DNA of 64,000 nt from an uncultured candidate division Zixibacteria bacterium (GTDB taxonomy: Bacteria > Zixibacteria > MSB-5A5 > GN15 > FEB-12), in the NCBI GenBank assembly GCA_963664195.1, contig OY760907.1:3136001-3200000 (forward strand), in the 5' to 3' direction. The notes under the pieces are model-generated. The model made no database searches. It worked only from the letters and a program-made list of their open reading frames with translations, and was not told the DNA's origin. The first letter of the stretch is position 1. Each line of letters begins with the position of its first letter. This document shows positions 49,809 to 59,397 of this stretch, in pieces. Both the position numbers and the translations under genes were made by a program.

Positions 49809-51734
49809 TCAGGACTGTTGAAGACTCTCAGGAGCCTCGCTCTTGGAAGAGGGCAGATTCACGGTAAACTTGCTACCCTGTCCGGATTCACTGGTGACGT
49901 GTATCTCTCCTCCATGCCGCTCAACGACTTTCTTTACTATGGGCAGTCCTAGTCCCGTGCCGACTTCATCGAGCTTGCGTGCGTTGTCGGCACGATAGAA
50001 TTCATCAAACACATTCTCCAGGGCCTCAGGCGCTATTCCGATACCGTTATCTCCAACCTCAATACGAACCTGGTCAGCGCCCGGTTCGGAAAAAGTGATC
50101 TCTATTCGTCCACCGGAAGGCGTATATTTGATGGCGTTTGACACGAGGTTTTCCAGCACCTGCAGGAGCGCCTCGGGATCACCGAGAGCTCTCGGTTTCC
50201 CCTCGCATTCATTGACGATCAGCGCGATAGATTTCTGGTTGGCTTCTTCCGCAAATGTTCGCTCGACGCGTTTTCCCAGTTCACGGAGATCTACCGACTC
50301 TCGTACTTCCTTGATATCCTCGTTTTCGCGTGTGAGGACCAGCAATTCGTTGATCATCGAAATCATGTCGTGTGCCCGGTGGTGGATGCGGCCGATGCTC
50401 TTCTTCTGGTCATCGTTAAGAGGTCCCTGGTATTCATTCACGACGACATCGAGCAGACTGGCCATGGCAGACAGGGGAGCGCGAAGATTGTGAGCGACAC
50501 GCATCATGAACCACGAACGTTCCTTGCCGAGTCGCTCGATCGCCTGGTAGGATCGAGCGTTGTCGATGGCAATGCCAACCAGACTTGCGGCCAGACGGAA
50601 AAACTCGATTTCATCTGAGCCGAAGCGGTCGTCCTCGGTACAGTATGCCCCAAGGACGCCTATCGAACGATCGTCGACGGTGAGCGGAACGAACAGGGCA
50701 GACCGAATCCCGGCCTCGTGCATATCGTCGGCATATTGGAGGCTTTCGTTGTCACCGGCTTTCCATACGGCGAACGCCTCGCCCTCGATCACTCGTCGAC
50801 TGAGCGCACTGCGGTTAAGATCAATGGTGCGGTTCATGCGGGCATCCGGCACGACGCCGTGCACCGCAACCAGACTGAGTTGCCGGGAGTTGTTGTCCAG
50901 CAGTTTCACGGAAATGCCGACCACCCCGATAATCTGTGCGAGTTCCGTGGTGACTATCTTCAAAACATCGTCCAGGTCTCTTACCGATCCAATGGCCTGA
51001 GTCATAGAGAAGAGGGCGTTGAGCTTGCGGTTCAGGAGGTCGACCGTATGAGACATCTCCATCAGGTTGTCAATGCGTTTGCGGAGCATGGTCATGATCG
51101 TTGTCGTCGCGGCGGCAGTAATCAGCACCGAGGCGGCGAAGAAACAGAGTTGCACAGCAATCTGGTAAGGCTGGGTGTAGAGATCGCTAGCCCTGCCGGA
51201 TATTACTATCTCGTGGTTCGGGAGCCATCCAAGGTACTCAACCACGGCAACAGTGGTCATGCCCGCCACGACCATAGCTGCAAAACCCCAGCTTGCTACC
51301 GGTCGCAGGAGTATCGACGAGAAGATGATATGGAAAATGAAAAAGAATATCAGCGGACTGGCGATTCCGCCGGTGTAATGAACAAGGAGGAACATCGAAA
51401 TGTAATCGAACCCCACCTGCCATCGGGTGAAGTGTCGGATAGTCTGTTGTTCCTCTCTATCAATGATCTCCGGCAACCGTTGCCGAAAAGCGAAAAAGAC
51501 GACATTGTAGAGGAGTATGAAACCGGCAATCACAAGTATTGCCGCGGGGGACGACAGCTCGACATGCAGCCACGAGGCCATGAGAACGCCGGCTGCTATT
51601 CCGAAGGGCACAAACCAGCGCAGCTTGATGAACCATATAGAGCGATCTCTGAGTTCGCCCTGCATGATCCGTTGCCCGCGATGCCACTCGTGCGGCAGAT
51701 CATACAGTCCGATAGTCGGTCTCTCTGTCGTCAT
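49809..51734 (-). CDS. Membrane GAF-domain sensor histidine kinase
   Basis: Polytopic N-terminus, GAF domain, H-box VAHNLRAPL, NAIKY, DNGIG and GTGLGL. Confidence 0.9.
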   Translation of the reverse strand: MTTERPTIGLYDLPHEWHRGQRIMQGELRDRSIWFIKLRWFVPFGIAAGVLMASWLHVELSSPAAILVIAGFILLYNVVFFAFRQRLPEIIDREEQQTIRHFTRWQVGFDYISMFLLVHYTGGIASPLIFFFIFHIIFSSILLRPVASWGFAAMVVAGMTTVAVVEYLGWLPNHEIVISGRASDLYTQPYQIAVQLCFFAASVLITAAATTTIMTMLRKRIDNLMEMSHTVDLLNRKLNALFSMTQAIGSVRDLDDVLKIVTTELAQIIGVVGISVKLLDNNSRQLSLVAVHGVVPDARMNRTIDLNRSALSRRVIEGEAFAVWKAGDNESLQYADDMHEAGIRSALFVPLTVDDRSIGVLGAYCTEDDRFGSDEIEFFRLAASLVGIAIDNARSYQAIERLGKERSWFMMRVAHNLRAPLSAMASLLDVVVNEYQGPLNDDQKKSIGRIHHRAHDMISMINELLVLTRENEDIKEVRESVDLRELGKRVERTFAEEANQKSIALIVNECEGKPRALGDPEALLQVLENLVSNAIKYTPSGGRIEITFSEPGADQVRIEVGDNGIGIAPEALENVFDEFYRADNARKLDEVGTGLGLPIVKKVVERHGGEIHVTSESGQGSKFTVNLPSSKSEAPESLQQS

Positions 51735-51756
51735 CGTTCTCCCCGGCAGTGTATCG

Positions 51757-52158
51757 TTATGAATCCAATACTGCCTTGAGTTTCTTTAGTAGTTTTTCGG
51801 CGGGAATCGGTTTCTCAAAAATCCATTTCGCCGGCCACTGCTGGCCGAGAATGTGCTGATACTGATCCGGTCCGTCCTCACGCACCTTGTCGAGGAAACT
51901 CGTCAGCATGAAGATCGGTATATTTCCGCATCCGGGCCTGTTGCGAAGCTCGAACGCGAAGTCGAATCCTTCCGTGTCGGTGGTCATCATTACGTCGAGA
52001 ATGATCACATCGGGCGTTTGCTGGTCAATTGCCGCCAGCGCTTCTTTGGCGCAGGTGGCCTTGGTGACACCGTACCCGTTTCCTTCAAGGATGATGCCAA
52101 GCGCTTCCCGTATGTCGGGGTCGTCATCTACGATCAGTATCTGGTGCTTGTTCGTCAT
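51757..52158 (-). CDS. Single-domain response regulator
   Basis: ILIVDDD, LDVMM, LTS and KP; no output domain. Confidence 0.9.
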   Translation of the reverse strand: MTNKHQILIVDDDPDIREALGIILEGNGYGVTKATCAKEALAAIDQQTPDVIILDVMMTTDTEGFDFAFELRNRPGCGNIPIFMLTSFLDKVREDGPDQYQHILGQQWPAKWIFEKPIPAEKLLKKLKAVLDS

Positions 52159-52190
52159 ATCTGAATTCCGTTAGTCAGCCTGTTCTCGTA

Positions 52191-53921
52191 TCATATTCCA
52201 CGCTTCACATAGCGCGTGTGAAGGTACTTATGCGCGATTTCTCCGGCTGGTTCCTCCAGGAACCTTTCGTAGACGGCCTTGACCGCCGGGTTGTTATGTG
52301 ACTCCCGGTACTGCTGCACGTCAGAATCATCCCGATACAGCGCCTTTGCCCGAAGGGCGAGTTTGTCTTTGCCACCGCCGAGCGGTTGGCCGCCGCCGCC
52401 GATACATCCGCCGGGACAGGCCATAATCTCAATGAACTGATACTTGGCAGTTCCTTCTACTATAGAATCAAGAAGCCTGCGCGCATTGGCAAGTCCGCTG
52501 GCCACAGCTACACTGACCGGACCAAGAGAGCCGATCTCAAGCGTTGCTTCTTTCACTCCATTAAGCCCACGCACGGGCAAAACGTTTAGATTGTCAAGGC
52601 TTTTACCCGTTACCGTGGCGTAAACAGTCCGTATTGCCGCCTCCATGACGCCACCCGTCGTGCCAAAAATCGTTCCCGCGCCTGAGTATTGCCCCATGGG
52701 CGTATCGTGTTCGCCATCAGGAAGATTGACAAAGTCGATTCCCGCCTCGCGGATCATCCGGGCCAATTCTCGCGTGGTCAAAACAGCGTCAACATCCCGA
52801 TAGCCCGAATCGCACATTTCCGGTCGCGAAGCCTCGTACTTCTTGGCTGTGCAGGGCATTATGGAAACTACGTAGATATTCTTCGGGTCGATTCCGGATG
52901 TCTGTGCGTAGTAGGTTTTGGCGAGGACACCGAACATCTGCTGCGGAGACTTGCAGGTGCTAACGTGATCCAGCAAATCGGGGTAGAAGTGCTCGATGAA
53001 CTTCACCCATCCGGGACTGCACGACGTAATCATCGGGAGTTTCTGGCCCCCTTGGAGGCGATGAAGCAGTTCCGTACTTTCTTCCATAATCGTGACATCC
53101 GCGGCGAAATTCGTATCGAAGACCCTATCGAACCCTAGATACCTGAGTGCAGTCAACAGTTTACCTGTCACGAGCGAACCGACCGGCATCCCAAACTCCT
53201 CGCCGAGGGAAGCTCGAATGGCGGGGGCTTCCTGAACGATAACGTGTTTGGACTGATCATCGAGAGCGGCGAGTACTCGAAGGGTGTCGTCCTTTTCGAC
53301 GATTGCACCGGTGGGACAAACGGCCGCACACTGCCCGCAGTAGGTGCAGGCCGAGTCTGCAAGATCAGCACGAAGGGCCGGCACGACGCGGCAGTCAAAA
53401 CCCCGGCCTTCCGGAGTGAGCAGGCTGACTCCCTGAATCTCAGCACATACCGTCACACAACGAAGGCAATTGATGCACTTGGCGGTGTCACGAACCAGCG
53501 CAGGGGAGGAGTCATCGTATTGGCGCCCTTTTGAGAGATCCGTACGCGGAACGCGCACGTCGCTCACGCCGACTCGGGCCGCTAGATCCTGCAACTCGCA
53601 CTGACCGTTCTTCAGGCAGGTGTCGCAGTCCTGCGGGTGATCCGAAAGTAGAAACTCAACAATACCGCGACGGGCATGCCGCACGCGGGGTGAGTTGGTT
53701 TTTACTTTCATCCCCTCGGCGACTGGATACACGCAGGAGGCGACCAACGAACGGCTTCGGTCAACCTCGACCACACAGACTCGGCAGGAGCCGGGCGCGT
53801 GATTGATCTCCTCCATGGCGCAGAGAGTTGGTATCTGTATACCGACTTGTTTCGCCGCCTGAAGAATGGTGGTCCCAGCCTCAACTTGAACCTCGCGGTT
53901 GTCAATTGTCAGAGTAATCAT
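52191..53921 (-). CDS. hydA: [FeFe]-hydrogenase catalytic subunit, group A3
   Basis: H-cluster motifs TSCSPGW, MPCTAKKYE and EIMACPGGC.GGGG; N-terminal 2Fe-2S, His-ligated 4Fe-4S and 2x4Fe-4S. Confidence 0.95.
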   Translation of the reverse strand: MITLTIDNREVQVEAGTTILQAAKQVGIQIPTLCAMEEINHAPGSCRVCVVEVDRSRSLVASCVYPVAEGMKVKTNSPRVRHARRGIVEFLLSDHPQDCDTCLKNGQCELQDLAARVGVSDVRVPRTDLSKGRQYDDSSPALVRDTAKCINCLRCVTVCAEIQGVSLLTPEGRGFDCRVVPALRADLADSACTYCGQCAAVCPTGAIVEKDDTLRVLAALDDQSKHVIVQEAPAIRASLGEEFGMPVGSLVTGKLLTALRYLGFDRVFDTNFAADVTIMEESTELLHRLQGGQKLPMITSCSPGWVKFIEHFYPDLLDHVSTCKSPQQMFGVLAKTYYAQTSGIDPKNIYVVSIMPCTAKKYEASRPEMCDSGYRDVDAVLTTRELARMIREAGIDFVNLPDGEHDTPMGQYSGAGTIFGTTGGVMEAAIRTVYATVTGKSLDNLNVLPVRGLNGVKEATLEIGSLGPVSVAVASGLANARRLLDSIVEGTAKYQFIEIMACPGGCIGGGGQPLGGGKDKLALRAKALYRDDSDVQQYRESHNNPAVKAVYERFLEEPAGEIAHKYLHTRYVKRGI

Positions 53922-55807
53922 CACACCACCTCCACAGCGTTGAACCGGCAAACTGACCGGCACACACCACATCGAGTACACAGGCTATCATCGATCGTGT
54001 GTACCTGCTTCTTTTCACCAGTGATTGCCCCCACCGGACACTTCTTGACACACGCCAGACAGCCGGTGCATTCGTCGGTGATGCGATAGGTGATGAGATC
54101 GCGGCAAACTCCTGCGGGACAACGTCTCTCACGGATGTGTGCCTCGTATTCATCCCGGAAATAGCGAATCGTGCTCAGCACCGGGTTCGAGGCCGTCTGT
54201 CCAAGACCGCAGAGCGAAGCATCGCTGATGGTGGCCGCAAGGTCCTCGAGCAAATCAAGATCACGCTCGTGAGCGTGGCCACTGCAAATGCGCTGAAGTA
54301 TCTCCAGCATACGTCGGGTACCCACGCGGCAAGGAGTGCACTTTCCGCAGGATTCGTCCTGGCAGAACTCCATAAAGAAACGAGCCACATCTACCATACA
54401 GGTCGACTGATCCATTACGACCATGCCGCCGGAGCCCATGATTGCGCCGGCCTCGCAAATGGCATCATAGTCAATCGGCGTGTCGAGTTTCTCCTCGGGA
54501 AGACAGCCACCGGAAGGTCCCCCGAGTTGAACCGCTTTCAGCTTGCCACCGTCCGGCACACCGCCGGCGATCTCGTTGACAACGGTGCGAATAGTGGTTC
54601 CCATCGGAACTTCGACCAGTCCGAAGTGTTTGATTTTGCCCGAGAGGGCAAAAACCTTCGTGCCGTGGGCGCTTTCGGTGCCAATGGAGGCGTATTCCTC
54701 GCCACCGTGCAGGATAATTTGCGGGATGTTGCAGTACGTCTCTACGTTATTCAGAATGGTGGGTTTGCCCCACAGCCCTGACACTGCGGGAAACGGCGGG
54801 CGTGGTCTGGGCGTTCCGCGCTGGCCTTCAATGGAACGCATGAGGGCAGTTTCCTCCCCGCACACAAATGCTCCGGCGCCTTTGTATATCTCAAGATCAA
54901 AATCAAAACCGCTGTCGAATATGTCCTCGCCCAGCAGGCCGTACGCTCTCGCTTGATCGATGGCTTTCTGCAGTCTCTTTAGAGCGAGCGGGTACTCCGC
55001 CCGACAGTAGACATATCCCCGGTTGGCGCCGATTGCGCGAGCTGCAATGACCATGCCTTCAACCACGGAATGCGGATCTGATTCCAGAATGCTGCGATCC
55101 ATGAACGCACCCGGGTCGCCTTCGTCGGCATTACAAAGCGCGTATTTCTGATTACCCTTCGCGAACGAACAGAACTGCCATTTCAGACCGGTGGGAAAAC
55201 CGCCGCCTCCACGGCCGCGGAGACCGGATTCCTTCACCTCCTGGATGATTTCGAAGGGGGACATTTCCTCCACCGCCTTGTGAAGGCCACGGTATCCGTC
55301 GCGGGCGATATACTCCTCAATGTTCTCGGGGTCGATTCTGCCGCCGTTGCGCAGAGCCAACAGCTTCTGACCGGCAAAGTAGGGAAGCTCGTCCACCGTT
55401 TGAACAGGAGCGTCCAGGTCGTTCTCCGAGTACATCAGGCGTGTCACCGGCTGACCGTGCTGAAGGTGCTGTTCGACAATGTCTGCCACGTCAGCGTCTG
55501 TCACCTTCTGATAGAAGTAACCGCCGGGGTTCACTATCATCACGGGCCCAACCGCGCAAAACCCCATGCAACCGCATTCGCTCACCCGTACGCGGTCGCA
55601 AAAATCCCGGGAGGAGAGTTCACGTTCAATTGCAGACTTGACCTCAAGGCCGTCAGCAGCCCTGCACGGTGTCCCGCTGCAAACAAGAACGTGGTGGTCG
55701 TATGATTTCTCTTCCGCGGTGACCTTTTGTTTGATGGCATCGAGATCTTCGAGGCTGCCGATTCGGTCCAGCCCTGCCACCGCCTGACGGTCGTCATTGC
55801 TGCTCAC
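53921..55807 (-). CDS. hydB: NuoF-like diaphorase subunit HydB
   Basis: N-terminal thioredoxin-like 2Fe-2S, LRGRGGGGFP, NADEGDPGAFMD, CGEETAL, GGPSG, ESCGKCTPCR and C-terminal 2x4Fe-4S. Confidence 0.93.
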   Translation of the reverse strand: MSSNDDRQAVAGLDRIGSLEDLDAIKQKVTAEEKSYDHHVLVCSGTPCRAADGLEVKSAIERELSSRDFCDRVRVSECGCMGFCAVGPVMIVNPGGYFYQKVTDADVADIVEQHLQHGQPVTRLMYSENDLDAPVQTVDELPYFAGQKLLALRNGGRIDPENIEEYIARDGYRGLHKAVEEMSPFEIIQEVKESGLRGRGGGGFPTGLKWQFCSFAKGNQKYALCNADEGDPGAFMDRSILESDPHSVVEGMVIAARAIGANRGYVYCRAEYPLALKRLQKAIDQARAYGLLGEDIFDSGFDFDLEIYKGAGAFVCGEETALMRSIEGQRGTPRPRPPFPAVSGLWGKPTILNNVETYCNIPQIILHGGEEYASIGTESAHGTKVFALSGKIKHFGLVEVPMGTTIRTVVNEIAGGVPDGGKLKAVQLGGPSGGCLPEEKLDTPIDYDAICEAGAIMGSGGMVVMDQSTCMVDVARFFMEFCQDESCGKCTPCRVGTRRMLEILQRICSGHAHERDLDLLEDLAATISDASLCGLGQTASNPVLSTIRYFRDEYEAHIRERRCPAGVCRDLITYRITDECTGCLACVKKCPVGAITGEKKQVHTIDDSLCTRCGVCRSVCRFNAVEVV

Positions 55808-55808
55808 G

Positions 55809-56315
55809 TTATCGGTACTCCTTCAGAATGCGGTCGAGTTGGGCGGGCTTCACTTCCTTGTGAAGGTCGTCATCGATCAACATGACGGGGGCCGGACCGC
55901 AAGCACCGAGGCAGCGCACTACGTGGAGGCTGAACTGGCGATCCGGCGTGCATTCATCGATGCCAATGCCCAGTTTCCCGGCAAGCTCTTCGGCGATCCT
56001 TTGACCGCCTTTCACATGACACGCCGTGCCGAGGCAAACGCGTATCTGGTGTTTCCCGCGCGGGCGCATAGTGAAAAACGAGTAAAACGTAACCACGCCA
56101 TACACGCGACTGAGGGGGAGGTTTAGGCCGACGGCCACTCTGCGCTGGATGGATTCCGGCAGATAGCCCACGCGGTCCTGGATTGCCTCAAGTACGGGAA
56201 TAAGCGAGCCGTCAATATCCCGGTGTTCTTCAATCACCCGGTCAATAAACGTCCACTCGTTCTGACTGAATTCTACAGTTGTTTGTGACATCGGTAAAGA
56301 AGCTGTTTGATGCAT
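55809..56315 (-). CDS. hydC: NuoE-like 2Fe-2S subunit HydC (start 56315 or 56291)
   Basis: VYGVVTFY, C.GTAC and CLGAC. Confidence 0.92.
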   Translation of the reverse strand: MHQTASLPMSQTTVEFSQNEWTFIDRVIEEHRDIDGSLIPVLEAIQDRVGYLPESIQRRVAVGLNLPLSRVYGVVTFYSFFTMRPRGKHQIRVCLGTACHVKGGQRIAEELAGKLGIGIDECTPDRQFSLHVVRCLGACGPAPVMLIDDDLHKEVKPAQLDRILKEYR

Positions 56316-56695
56316 GCATCGGCCCCGAATTTAGTCCCAAGTTGTCCGATCCCGCGATCCAGCCGTTGTCGCCAGCAGCCTGAACGCTGGACCAAGGAAG
56401 CCTGCCATTTGTCAATACCTATCGGCAACAAATCACTTGTCGATCAGCGTCGCGCGAATATCTGTAGCGATGCGGTTTTTGGCAAGGACTTTCGACCGAG
56501 AAAACCAACATTGTGCCTCAGGTAATACCTCTGTGTACACATTCGATTTCCCTCGGCCTCGGGGCCATTGTCAGGTTGTCGGTTATGTTCCCTGACTTCA
56601 GCTGTTTCCAGGTTCAATCGGTGTCAACTCACGAGAGGTGTTGCTCAAGGGCCAGATTGGATGGAACCAGATGTGTATTGGTCTGTTACCATGGT

Positions 56696-57358
56696 ATGGG
56701 CCAGACGTTTGAGGTAAAAGACTGTGCGTTAATCACCCGCATGGGGGGGGTCGAATCAGCCTTCTCGATACGAGAGCTACGCGAACGGATTACCGTATGT
56801 CCGCCGGAGTGTCTCTTCCACCACTTTTGCGAAACGGCTCCGCGACCCACTTTCGATGATCCCGAATTTCGCAACGACTTCTCGGTCTGGGCGGCGAGAT
56901 TTCTCAGGGATCGGGTTCTGGCTGAACGATTGGGAGTTCTGAACCCGTACTCGTTTCCCGACATGGAAAGCCTCCGTCGGGCGGTTCTGGACGTCCTGGA
57001 TGATCGTCACGCCGAAGTGCCGTACTTGACTACGGTGCCGAGAGGGGAAGAGTTTCTGTTCATGCGGGCCGTAACGGTTGTGTTTTCGGCAGGGCTAGTA
57101 CTCAAGGAGCCGAAACACCTGACGAAAATACTGCCCCAAATGAGTCTTTCGAGCATTTACTTCCATTTCATCGAGGCACGCCGGCGCACGCCTACCGGCC
57201 TGGATGATTTTAGCGAATGGTTCAAAGAGTTTGATGCGTCGGAGACTGTTGACATGATTGCCAGTCTTCGGGAAATCGACTTCTATTATCTCAGCCTGAG
57301 CCAGCTCAAGGAACGAATGATTCATGATCTTTCCAGCCTCAAGGGAGTTGCTTCATGA
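56696..57358 (+). CDS. DUF5752 family protein
   Basis: Internally duplicated unit (LFHHF...NDFSVW / IYFHF...DDFSEW); overlaps the treT start. Confidence 0.8.
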   Translation: MGQTFEVKDCALITRMGGVESAFSIRELRERITVCPPECLFHHFCETAPRPTFDDPEFRNDFSVWAARFLRDRVLAERLGVLNPYSFPDMESLRRAVLDVLDDRHAEVPYLTTVPRGEEFLFMRAVTVVFSAGLVLKEPKHLTKILPQMSLSSIYFHFIEARRRTPTGLDDFSEWFKEFDASETVDMIASLREIDFYYLSLSQLKERMIHDLSSLKGVAS

Positions 57359-58596
57359 AGGCTGTGAAGCTGGAAACCTACGCAGATATTGTCGGTCGTC
57401 CGGCGATCAGGCAGCTCCAGCAGCTTGCCTCCGGTCTCAAGGGAGCGACTGTCGTGCATGTGAATTCCACGCGGGTTGGCGGCGGAGTGGCTGAGATTCT
57501 GGCCTGGCTCGTTCCTCTGATGAACGATCTTGGATTAAAGGCCTCCTGGGAGACGATTGACGGAACTTCGGAGTTCTTCCAGGTGACGAAGGACTTCCAC
57601 AATGGTCTTCAGGGAAAACAGGTAGTCTTACCACAATCAAAGACCGAGACCTATGAAGAGGTTGTCCGCGACAATGCGAAACGTCTCAAACCGATTCTCG
57701 AGTCGGCAGATTTTGTCGTCATCCACGATCCCCAGCCAGCCTACTTGTTGAACCTGTGCCCGGACCGAAGAGGGTTGTGGACCTGGCGCTGCCACATAAA
57801 CGTCGGCCAGCCGAATCGGGCTGTCTGGCGGTACTTGAGGCCGATAGTGGAACAGTATGATTCAAGCATCTATTCTATGCCACGGTTTGCCCAGCGATTG
57901 GATCATCCGCAGTTCATCATAGCTCCGAGTATCGATCCGCTTTCCGAGAAGAACTGTGAGATGACTGACGACGAAGTATTGTCGACTATGCGGCGGCTGG
58001 ATATAGATACCGAAAGGCCGATCATTTCACAGATTTCACGGTTCGATAGATTCAAGGATCCCGTGGGCGTGATTGAGGCTTTCAAGCTGCTGGGTAATGG
58101 CACCGACGCGCAGCTCGTGCTGGCCGGGGGGGGAGCAACGGATGATCCCGAAGGAGCGGCCGTTCACGACGAGGTGATGGAAGCGGCTCAGAATGACGAG
58201 CGGATCAAAATACTCATGCTGCCTGGTGACGCCCACCGAACGATTAATGCAATTCAAAGGGCGTCCACGGTTGTTGTCCAGAAGTCACTCCGAGAAGGCT
58301 TCGGACTGACGGTGACGGAAGCGATGTGGAAGTCGCGCCCGGTGATTGGTGGCAACACCGGGGGGATTCGTTTGCAGGTGCACAACCATCACACGGGATT
58401 TCTCGTTGAATCTCCTCAGGGAGCGGCACTGCGTATCAGGGAGCTGCTGCGTGATCCGGCGATGTGCGAACGGCTCGGTAAGACGGCAAAAGTGTTCGTA
58501 ACCGAAAACTTCCTCCTTAACCGCCATCTCCGCGAGTATCTCACTCTCCTTGTCGGACTGAAGAAGGGTCTCACCGATCATCTACTCGCATTCTAG
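57355..58596 (+). CDS. treT: Trehalose glycosyl-transferring synthase TreT (GT4)
   Basis: HVNST..GGGVAEIL, IHDPQP, WRCH, PSIDPLS.KN, SRFD..KD and EGFGLTVTEA.WK. Confidence 0.88.
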   Translation: MKAVKLETYADIVGRPAIRQLQQLASGLKGATVVHVNSTRVGGGVAEILAWLVPLMNDLGLKASWETIDGTSEFFQVTKDFHNGLQGKQVVLPQSKTETYEEVVRDNAKRLKPILESADFVVIHDPQPAYLLNLCPDRRGLWTWRCHINVGQPNRAVWRYLRPIVEQYDSSIYSMPRFAQRLDHPQFIIAPSIDPLSEKNCEMTDDEVLSTMRRLDIDTERPIISQISRFDRFKDPVGVIEAFKLLGNGTDAQLVLAGGGATDDPEGAAVHDEVMEAAQNDERIKILMLPGDAHRTINAIQRASTVVVQKSLREGFGLTVTEAMWKSRPVIGGNTGGIRLQVHNHHTGFLVESPQGAALRIRELLRDPAMCERLGKTAKVFVTENFLLNRHLREYLTLLVGLKKGLTDHLLAF

Positions 58597-58605
58597 CAGG
58601 GACTT

Positions 58606-59397
58606 ATGAAGATTCTCTCTTCAGGCGCAGATGTCGACGGTTTCCTGGCGCAAGTTGGAGAGTCCGCGCAGCCGGTGCTGATGCTCGATTTTGACGGTAC
58701 TCTGGCGCCTTTTCAACAAGACCCGTCGGCTGTTACAATGTACCCGGGGGCCAAGTCAGTGCTGGACGCGATTCAGGCGCAGGGGGCAACGCGACTTGCG
58801 ATCGTCAGCGGTCGTACAATCGAAGACCTGCAGCCGCTGCTTGATATCAATCCGTTGCCCGAGTTGTGGGGATGTCATGGAATGGAGAGGTTGACGGTCG
58901 AGGGTGTTTACCTGCAAGCGCCTATCCCGGAGGATACGGCAGGTCAAATCGAGCGAATCGCCAATTGGGCCAAAGGTCCCCTCTGTACGGCCAGGTTTGA
59001 GGTGAAGACATCAGGCGTGGCGTTTCACTGGCGGGGTGCTTCGCCGCAGGAGATAACGGAGATCGAGACGGCCATTCGACAAAAGTGGGGACCGCTGGCC
59101 TGGCGGTATGATCTGCAACTTCGCAACTTTGATGGCGGTCTGGAGATACGGTATGCCAAGTACGGCAAGGCGTACCCCGTGCGAAAGGCTTGCACTCGGG
59201 CGGGGCCGGGCGTTCCGGTAGCCTACGCCGGTGATGATGAGACCGATGAGGATGCGTTTCGTGCACTGCGCGCGCCCTCGCTGGGAATACTCGTGCGTGA
59301 GGAGGCCCGGGAGACCGAGGCGGACATCTGGTTGCAACCACCGACAGAACTCGTAGGGTTTCTGGAGAGATGGCTGAAGGCATTAACAAAAGAATAA
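58606..59397 (+). CDS. otsB: Trehalose-6-phosphate phosphatase
   Basis: HAD motifs LDFDGTL, VSGR, HG.E and GDD.TDEDAF. Confidence 0.92.
   Translation: MKILSSGADVDGFLAQVGESAQPVLMLDFDGTLAPFQQDPSAVTMYPGAKSVLDAIQAQGATRLAIVSGRTIEDLQPLLDINPLPELWGCHGMERLTVEGVYLQAPIPEDTAGQIERIANWAKGPLCTARFEVKTSGVAFHWRGASPQEITEIETAIRQKWGPLAWRYDLQLRNFDGGLEIRYAKYGKAYPVRKACTRAGPGVPVAYAGDDETDEDAFRALRAPSLGILVREEARETEADIWLQPPTELVGFLERWLKALTKE

Noticed and set aside
50718..51779. 353-aa antisense ORF and similar shadow ORFs (35273..36115, 53999..54781, 48936..49670)
   Set aside because: Antisense to conserved genes; expected from GC-rich codon bias.
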